25,488 bases of DNA from an uncultured archaeon (lineage in GTDB: Archaea > Asgardarchaeota > Lokiarchaeia > Sigyniarchaeales > SOKP01), in contig CAZGJX010000060.1 in the NCBI GenBank assembly GCA_964525635.1, forward strand, positions 1 through 25,488, in the 5' to 3' direction. A model generated the notes under the pieces. That model saw only the letters and a program-made list of their open reading frames with translations, had not been told where the DNA came from and did no database searches. Position 1 is the stretch's first letter, and each line of letters opens with the position of its first letter. Positions 19,188 to 25,488 of the stretch are shown piece after piece. The translations under genes were made by a program, and so were the position numbers.

Positions 19188-19321
19188 CGCCCACAGCGGG
19201 AGTTTCACTATATGTGGAAAGCACATAATGTTTTGAACCCGCGTCGCAGGAGTGACAGTCCCGAATGCTGGACCGAATTATGCACAGGTTTGATACAGAC
19301 CTAATTCTACACTATGTGGGC
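19188..19321 (-). tRNA. trnD: tRNA-Asp(GUC) with two introns: 15/16 (19306-19278, 29 nt) and 59/60 (19231-19202, 30 nt)
   Basis: Acceptor GCCCACA/UGUGGGC + G73, anticodon arm CGGGA-CUGUCAC-UCCUG, T arm GCGGG/CCCGC; both inserts fit BHB geometry. Confidence 0.93.
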
Positions 19322-19546
19322 AAAGCTATGAAATTTAATTTCTTATTTCTATTAAGTTTTTTTAATTATATTAAAGAAACTAAATTGTAAGAAATGAAAT
19401 CAATTAAAATTTAAAAATTTTATTTATCTTTTTGATATTGATAAAGGGATATAATCGAAAAATTTAAATCTGTATTCTTTTAAAGTTTTTATATAAACTC
19501 TTATTAAGTTTATAATAAGAATAAAGACTCTAATAGCAGTTATATT

Positions 19547-19972
19547 ATGCAATTTCATGAAAAAATATCATTCATTACCCAGAAATTATCAAATGCTAAC
19601 AATAATGATTTCAAATTTTTATTTAAGTATTATATTAAAAAAATACTACTTTTTATAGGTAAAATTAGTGAAATTCGAGATACTTATGCAGATTATAGTG
19701 GTCTATATCAAATTCATCTTGCTAATAGAGAATTTAATTTTAATTTTAAAATTGATGAAAAGAATATCTTATATCAAGAGGGATTATGTAATGATTATGA
19801 TATAAGATTTATAATTACAAAAAAGGTATTATTGAAGATTTTTAAAATGGAATTACATCCTTATGATGCATATATGAGAGGGCTTATTAAAGCTGATGGA
19901 AATCTTTCCTATACTTTAAGATTTTGGAATTTTCTCAAATTATGTATCAAATATCTTTCTGATTATTATTAA
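19547..19972 (+). CDS. SCP2 sterol-binding domain protein (second, divergent paralog)
   Basis: ELHPYDAYMRGLIKADGNL matches the SCP2 C-terminal motif. Confidence 0.75.
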   Translation: MQFHEKISFITQKLSNANNNDFKFLFKYYIKKILLFIGKISEIRDTYADYSGLYQIHLANREFNFNFKIDEKNILYQEGLCNDYDIRFIITKKVLLKIFKMELHPYDAYMRGLIKADGNLSYTLRFWNFLKLCIKYLSDYY

Positions 19973-20168
19973 TATAATGAATTCAATATTGAAGATACAA
20001 GTTTTCACAAGCTATAGAATAAACAATCCAAGTAATTAGGATTTTATTCTATATTTAAGGTTAAATCAATACTATTAATTTTAATTAGGTGATTTATGCT
20101 AATATGAAGAAAATTTATTTATTGGTTTTAATTATACTTATCAGATTTTAAAAAATACGTCTATTTTT

Positions 20169-20303
20169 GGGCCTGTAATCTAGTCTGGATTCTGCTTAAC
20201 CTTATAGGAAAAGGCCAGAAAGGGTGCCCGGCTTCGGACTGGGATTTTTAGTAGAATTATTCTACTAAACCCGATGTCGCAGGTTCGAATCCTGCCAGGC
20301 CCA
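20169..20303 (+). tRNA. trnR: tRNA-Arg(UCG) with two introns: D-loop just before A21 (20191-20220, 30 nt) and 45/46 (20246-20275, 30 nt)
   Basis: Acceptor GGGCCUG/CAGGCCC + A73, anticodon arm CCCGG-CUUCGGA-CUGGG, T arm GCAGG-UUCGAAU-CCUGC, A20 Arg identity base; oligo-T follows. Confidence 0.92.
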
Positions 20304-20379
20304 TTTTTTATTTCTTTAAGTTAAATTTACATTTTCTTATTTTTCATATTTATATTTCATTTAAATACTGAAAATCTCT

Positions 20380-21207
20380 CTAAATTATAATTTTACTTTG
20401 TTTTTTATTCATCATTTCTTCTGTTAATTCCCAATGATTAAGATAATCGAAATATGTATTCTTCATTCTTTCATCAATTTTTAACACTTGATCGGGACAT
20501 ATATAAATGCAATGCATACATTCGATACATTTTCCAGGATCTGATTTTCCTATTAAGGCTTCAATTGCTTGAGATGGACATTCATTTTCACAAATTAAAC
20601 ACATACTGCATTCATCAGTTACACGAATAGGATTGGTCCATTTTCTTTCTTTTGAAGATTTTTTTGATAAATATACTTCAAGAAGTAAATCATAACCATA
20701 TGGTCTTTGTAAAATCAATTTTTCATTGTTCTTCACCCTAAATTTATTTATTGATATTAAAGCAAATTCCTCAGCAACTTTAAAATCAGCTTTATTAGGA
20801 CGATCAGGTAATACCTTCCATCCACCAACATTAAATGTATGTCTTCCCAAAAATTCAGCAGAAAGTTGTACATTGAAATTGGCCTTTTCAAGTAATTTTT
20901 TCGTATGATAATGTGATAAACTGGCTGTACGACCACCATAAGTAAAAAACATACTACATTTTTTATTTTGACCATTTAGACAAGGTATCCAATTATTAAT
21001 TACACTGGGTGCAAAATCTGCAAATACAGGAAATCCAAAAATAAAAGCATCAAAATAGTCAATATCAATATATTTCTTCCTTGAACTATAAGATGTGATA
21101 TTAATCTTAGAAACACTACAATGATTTTTTAATAATTCTTTTTCAATTATATTTGAATAAATTTCAGTTACTTTTGTTGCTGAGAAATATATTATAGCAA
21201 TTTTCAT
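20380..21207 (-). CDS. EFR1-type flavodoxin / 2x[4Fe-4S] ferredoxin fusion
   Basis: IIYFSATKVT flavodoxin start, GFPVF, TYGG; CSMCLICENECP and CIECMHCIYICP. Confidence 0.88.
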   Translation of the reverse strand: MKIAIIYFSATKVTEIYSNIIEKELLKNHCSVSKINITSYSSRKKYIDIDYFDAFIFGFPVFADFAPSVINNWIPCLNGQNKKCSMFFTYGGRTASLSHYHTKKLLEKANFNVQLSAEFLGRHTFNVGGWKVLPDRPNKADFKVAEEFALISINKFRVKNNEKLILQRPYGYDLLLEVYLSKKSSKERKWTNPIRVTDECSMCLICENECPSQAIEALIGKSDPGKCIECMHCIYICPDQVLKIDERMKNTYFDYLNHWELTEEMMNKKQSKIII

Positions 21208-21345
21208 TTGAGATCCTTTCTATTTAATGAAGTAAAAGTAAATATTTATGAAATATTAACTCTAAATTAAATTAAAATCTTCTGTTATTCAATTTTTTTA
21301 TTGATGGTTTTAAATATTGAGTGAATTTTATTAATATGATAATTA

Positions 21346-23559
21346 ATGATAATTAAGAAAAAAATGGCATTAAACAATATTGAACTAAAACTTGCTTATC
21401 GATATTTATTTAAGCATCCCATTCGAACAATTTTTACAATTTTGTCTATAATTCTTGGTGTAAGCATATTTTTTTCTATAAACATAGCAATTGATTCATT
21501 AGAAAAATCTCTTTATGAAATTCTTAGTCCTCCTATGTATACAAGTGTTAATAAATGGATTACTTTACTTCGTGGATTATTAATAACATTATCGGGAATA
21601 TCAGTGATTGTCAGTGCAACAATTATAAAAAATATTATGGAATCCTCAAAAGAAGCACAAATCTATGAACTAGGATTATTAAGGGCTATGGGAACTACCA
21701 AAAAAAGTATCTTCTTACTGTATTTATATCAAATAATTATCATCTCTATAATAGGTGTTATATTTGGTTTATTTGTAGGATATTTTTTATCTAGTCTATT
21801 TTTTGGATCTCTTAAAACGGTGATGGGTAACTTATTATCTTTAAAAACTGATTTTACAATTCAATTATATTTCACACCATTAACATTATATATTTCAATT
21901 ATTACTGGATTAATTATACCCCTCTTGTTTGGAATGATTCCCACATATAGAGCTACTAAATTAAATATCCTTTCTGTATTAAATCCATATATAACAAAAA
22001 ACGACGCTAAGAAAAATAGAGTGTATAAGGTAATTGTAAAAATTATATGCTCAATATTTTTAATTATTATTGGGATAATATTGCTAAATATTGGATTTTC
22101 AGGACTTTTATCATTTACTTCAGATCCAACTATGGAGACGAATATATCAATGATTTTTCTATTTCTAGCAATATTTATATTTATTATAGGTTGTGTATTC
22201 TTCTCATCTATTTTCTTTTCCTACATCACACGCTTTTTCTCTTTAATTTTAAAACCAGTACTTTTAAAAATGAAAAAAATATGCTATCGTAATTTAATGA
22301 AGCATTTAAGACGTTCAAAAAATACTTTTTTAATAATTACAATTGTAATCTCATTTCTGATTGCTATGAGAATAACAATATCATCATTAGATGCAGGAAT
22401 TATACCAGGGGCACGAATGAGGATTGGAGGTGATATTCGGATTGGTATGTATTATAGTGACCATCAATATTATATTCCTATAAATACATCGGATTATATA
22501 TCAGAGATTGACCATGTTACTGATGTATGTGAGGTAAAAAATTCTTATTGGTGGTATAATTGGACAATTTGTGATGAATATGGTATATTTGAAAATGAAC
22601 AAGTAATGCTTATTGTTATAAACACGACAAGTTATGCAAATATGCATTCTGAAAATTCAATAGCTAAATATCAGGGGGACTCGTCATTCTATGAATTCAT
22701 CCATACACTTGATGAGATTAATACAGTTATATTACAGGATGAACTAGCACAATCTATTCATAAAAATGTAGGAGATAATGTAAATATCACTACAGAAAGT
22801 ATTAATGATTTCCCAGCTATAACATCAAATTTAACAATAGTGGGAATTGCTGATATACTTCCTGGAATTGAATTTACTTGGTATAATCCAAATCCTAATA
22901 TAAGAAGAACTGTTGCTGTTATATCATGGAATACATATTTTAATTTTACTGGACAAAATCGTGATGATACTACAGGATATTTCTGGATTGGTTGTGATGA
23001 TCTGAGCTATGCCGATTCTGTTTTGGAAGATATAAGAGAACTTTATCAAAATTTAGGTACTCCTTGGTCATATATAGATTTTGATGATAATTATTGGATA
23101 ATACGAACAGTCTTGGATGAAATTAATCAAATGGAACCGATTCTTAATCTAATATTCATTGTTATCACTAGTATTCTTTATATGACCTTAATAGCTTCTA
23201 TGTTAGGACTGATAAATTCAATGATAATGAGTGTTTATCAGAGGAAAAATGAAATTGGAATAATGAGAGCTTTAGGTACATCAAAAATCCAAACTCTACA
23301 ATTAATAGCTGGTGAAATTTTAATTATTGGTTTCACATCACTCATTATTGGAATCATATGTGGAATTTCTACAGGACTTCTAATTTCAAAAATACCATTT
23401 ATGCCATATCTTCCTATAATCTTTACGATTAATTCAATGGATATATTTTATATTTCAATTTCTTCATTGATTTTAAGTTTAATTAGCTCTGTGATTCCAG
23501 CAATTAAAGCTGTCAGGACTGAGATTATTGAAAATATTCAAATAAGAGGATTAAAATGA
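21346..23559 (+). CDS. FtsX/MacB-like ABC permease
   Basis: RTIFTILSIILGV, ELGLLRAMG and RKNEIGIMRALG; large extracellular domain. Confidence 0.9.
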   Translation: MIIKKKMALNNIELKLAYRYLFKHPIRTIFTILSIILGVSIFFSINIAIDSLEKSLYEILSPPMYTSVNKWITLLRGLLITLSGISVIVSATIIKNIMESSKEAQIYELGLLRAMGTTKKSIFLLYLYQIIIISIIGVIFGLFVGYFLSSLFFGSLKTVMGNLLSLKTDFTIQLYFTPLTLYISIITGLIIPLLFGMIPTYRATKLNILSVLNPYITKNDAKKNRVYKVIVKIICSIFLIIIGIILLNIGFSGLLSFTSDPTMETNISMIFLFLAIFIFIIGCVFFSSIFFSYITRFFSLILKPVLLKMKKICYRNLMKHLRRSKNTFLIITIVISFLIAMRITISSLDAGIIPGARMRIGGDIRIGMYYSDHQYYIPINTSDYISEIDHVTDVCEVKNSYWWYNWTICDEYGIFENEQVMLIVINTTSYANMHSENSIAKYQGDSSFYEFIHTLDEINTVILQDELAQSIHKNVGDNVNITTESINDFPAITSNLTIVGIADILPGIEFTWYNPNPNIRRTVAVISWNTYFNFTGQNRDDTTGYFWIGCDDLSYADSVLEDIRELYQNLGTPWSYIDFDDNYWIIRTVLDEINQMEPILNLIFIVITSILYMTLIASMLGLINSMIMSVYQRKNEIGIMRALGTSKIQTLQLIAGEILIIGFTSLIIGIICGISTGLLISKIPFMPYLPIIFTINSMDIFYISISSLILSLISSVIPAIKAVRTEIIENIQIRGLK

Positions 23560-24260
23560 AAGATAATTATAATAATAATGAGTTAAATAGGCCAATATTA
23601 GTATTGGATAATGTATATAGAACATACAAATTAGGTAAAACTGAAGTAGAAGCAGTGAAAGGAATATCCCTTTCCCTTCAAAAAGGAGATTTCGTATCAA
23701 TAATGGGACCATCAGGATCCGGTAAAACTACTTTATTAAATCTAATAGGTGCCTTAGATACTCCAACAAAAGGAGTAGTTTATATTAATGGTGATAATAT
23801 AAATTCAATGTCCGATAAAGCTCTAACTCAATTACGAAGAAATCAGATAGGATTCGTGTTTCAATTTTATAATTTAATTCCTGTTTTAAATTGTTATGAA
23901 AATATTGAACTCCCACTATTAATTGCAGGAATTAATAAAAAAGAAAGAAAACAACGTGTTGAAGATTTAATTATAAAAGTAGGATTAGAGAATTATAAAG
24001 ATCATAGACCTAATGAGCTTTCAGGAGGACAACAACAAAGAGTGGCAATTGCAAGAGCTCTAGTAAATAATCCTAGTATTATTATTGCAGATGAATTAAC
24101 AGGTGATTTAGACTCTAAAACTGGAGAAATCATAATGGATTATTTACAATCTTTAAATAAAACAGAAAAACAGACTATTATTGTAGTAACTCATGATATT
24201 AATATTGCAGAAAAAACCAATGAAATACATAAAATTCAAGATGGTAAATTAATTACCTAA
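23556..24260 (+). CDS. ABC transporter ATP-binding protein (LolD/MacB-like)
   Basis: GPSGSGKT, LSGGQQQR, IIADE, VTHD; ATGA overlap with the permease stop. Confidence 0.95.
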   Translation: MKDNYNNNELNRPILVLDNVYRTYKLGKTEVEAVKGISLSLQKGDFVSIMGPSGSGKTTLLNLIGALDTPTKGVVYINGDNINSMSDKALTQLRRNQIGFVFQFYNLIPVLNCYENIELPLLIAGINKKERKQRVEDLIIKVGLENYKDHRPNELSGGQQQRVAIARALVNNPSIIIADELTGDLDSKTGEIIMDYLQSLNKTEKQTIIVVTHDINIAEKTNEIHKIQDGKLIT

Positions 24261-24405
24261 TTTTTTTTCTATAACTTATTGTAATAATCAAATTTTCAAT
24301 AATCTCTATTAGAATGTATAAAAGAGAATTAAGGAATATAAATTAAAATAAAAAGAAGGTTATATTTAAAAATCTTGTAATTTTCATTATTTATAGATCT
24401 TTCTA

Positions 24406-25295
24406 TTAAGATAATTCAATTAATCCAACGTAAGCTTGAGTTACCAAGAGTGCATCTATAATATCAATTAAACCATCATAATTCACATCAGCAACATCTG
24501 TATAAAATCCAGTTGGATCTAATCCAACATAATGTTGAGCAATTAATAAAGAATCAATAATATCAACCATATTATCATGATTCACATCACCTAATTGATA
24601 TGTTATGATTACATTTACAGAAACAGAATCACTAGCAAATTCTCCATCAGTATCATATATAATAATTGTATAAACATATTTCCCAGCAGGTAATCCACTA
24701 ACATTAATAGTTATTTCTTGATCTGAAATCCATATTCCAATATCTACTACTTCCTCATTTCTCGTAATTGTATAATTTCCTGGATTGAGATCTATAGCTA
24801 TCCATGAAATTGATTGACCCGTTTGACCATATTCATATGTAATATCTTCTTGGGAATTAATAATTTGAGGTTAGGAGCTGTAATAATCACATCAACAGAA
24901 TCAATAGTAGGAGCCCCCAAAGTATTAAATACAACAATAGAATATATATATGTTCCTTTTGTTAAATCATCAACGCTGATGGTTATTTCTTGACCTGAAA
25001 TCTATGTTCCACTATCCACTTCTTCGCCATTTCTCGTGATTGTGTAAGTTGTAGGATTATCAACTGTAGCGATCCATGAAATTAAATATTCAATCATACT
25101 ACCCTCTAAATAACCTATAACTATTGGAGGAATTATTACTGGCGCATCAATATCATCATCAGATAGAGAGATTTACTGTTCATTTTGTTTAATAGGTGGG
25201 TTTATATTTAAATAATTATTCTGGATTATTGATATAAACATTAATCCAAAAAAGACTAGAAATAATAAAGTATTGTTTTTCTTTCTATTCTGCAT
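24406..25295 (-). pseudogene. Disrupted exported protein: signal peptide, two Ig-like repeats and a C-terminal type I dockerin
   Basis: Manual translation MQNRKKNNTLLFLVFFGLMF…; in-frame TAA 25175-25173, TAG 25004-25002, frameshift near 24870; ends GDVNHDNMVDIIDSLLIAQHYVG…ADVNYDGLIDIIDALLVTQAYVGLIELS*. Confidence 0.82.
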
Positions 25296-25488
25296 AGTTT
25301 TTATTCACCAAAATAATGAGAAAATAAATTATAACTCAATATATTAATTGAATATGTGTGATTTAAAAAATGATATGGGAAAATAATGAATATTTAATAC
25401 GATATTCTTAATTATAATAAATTCAGCAAATTGATGTAAAAATCTCACTTTATTATAGTATCTTTTTTATACACATAATCATTTTATC

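Noticed and set aside
20247-20269. Perfect 10-bp hairpin as terminator or CRISPR-like repeat
   Set aside because: It is the stem of tRNA-Arg intron 2; no repeat-spacer array was seen anywhere in the window.
20726-20975. Two short ORFs (60 aa +, 72 aa -)
   Set aside because: Both nested in the flavodoxin-ferredoxin gene.
22047-22292. 81-aa alternative-frame ORF
   Set aside because: Nested in the permease; low-complexity by-product of AT-rich TM codons.
25002-25004. In-frame TAG as pyrrolysine or recoding
   Set aside because: Aligns with Trp (TGG) in the sister repeat, and the gene also has a TAA and a frameshift; other genes here use TAG as a stop.

Overview
Very AT-rich archaeal DNA, most consistent with an Asgard archaeon (Lokiarchaeia/Promethearchaeia-like). 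This is an inference from multi-intron tRNAs, RNase Z, two SCP2 paralogs, a CTERM-type surface protein and composition. It carries about 20 mostly housekeeping or envelope genes: two MacB/FtsX-type ABC pairs, a coiled-coil protein, rnz, a C45 peptidase, a B12/radical SAM enzyme, a MutY-like glycosylase, an HtpX-like protease, an ArsR plus methyltransferase pair with a shared palindromic operator, a serine beta-lactamase-like protein, an MFS transporter and a flavodoxin-ferredoxin fusion. The ORF track misses a ThiS/MoaD ubiquitin-like gene ending GG-F, two tRNAs (Asp-GUC, Arg-UCG) that each carry two BHB introns at non-canonical positions, and a dockerin/Ig-repeat pseudogene. Headline observation: the SCP2 gene at 16973-17441 (-) is frameshifted by a 34-nt hairpin insertion (17038-17071) with the same bulge-helix-bulge layout as the local tRNA introns. 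Cutting at the predicted bulge sites restores the frame (…QDA-M-AFQEII…). It is a candidate tRNA-endonuclease-spliced mRNA intron in a protein-coding gene.
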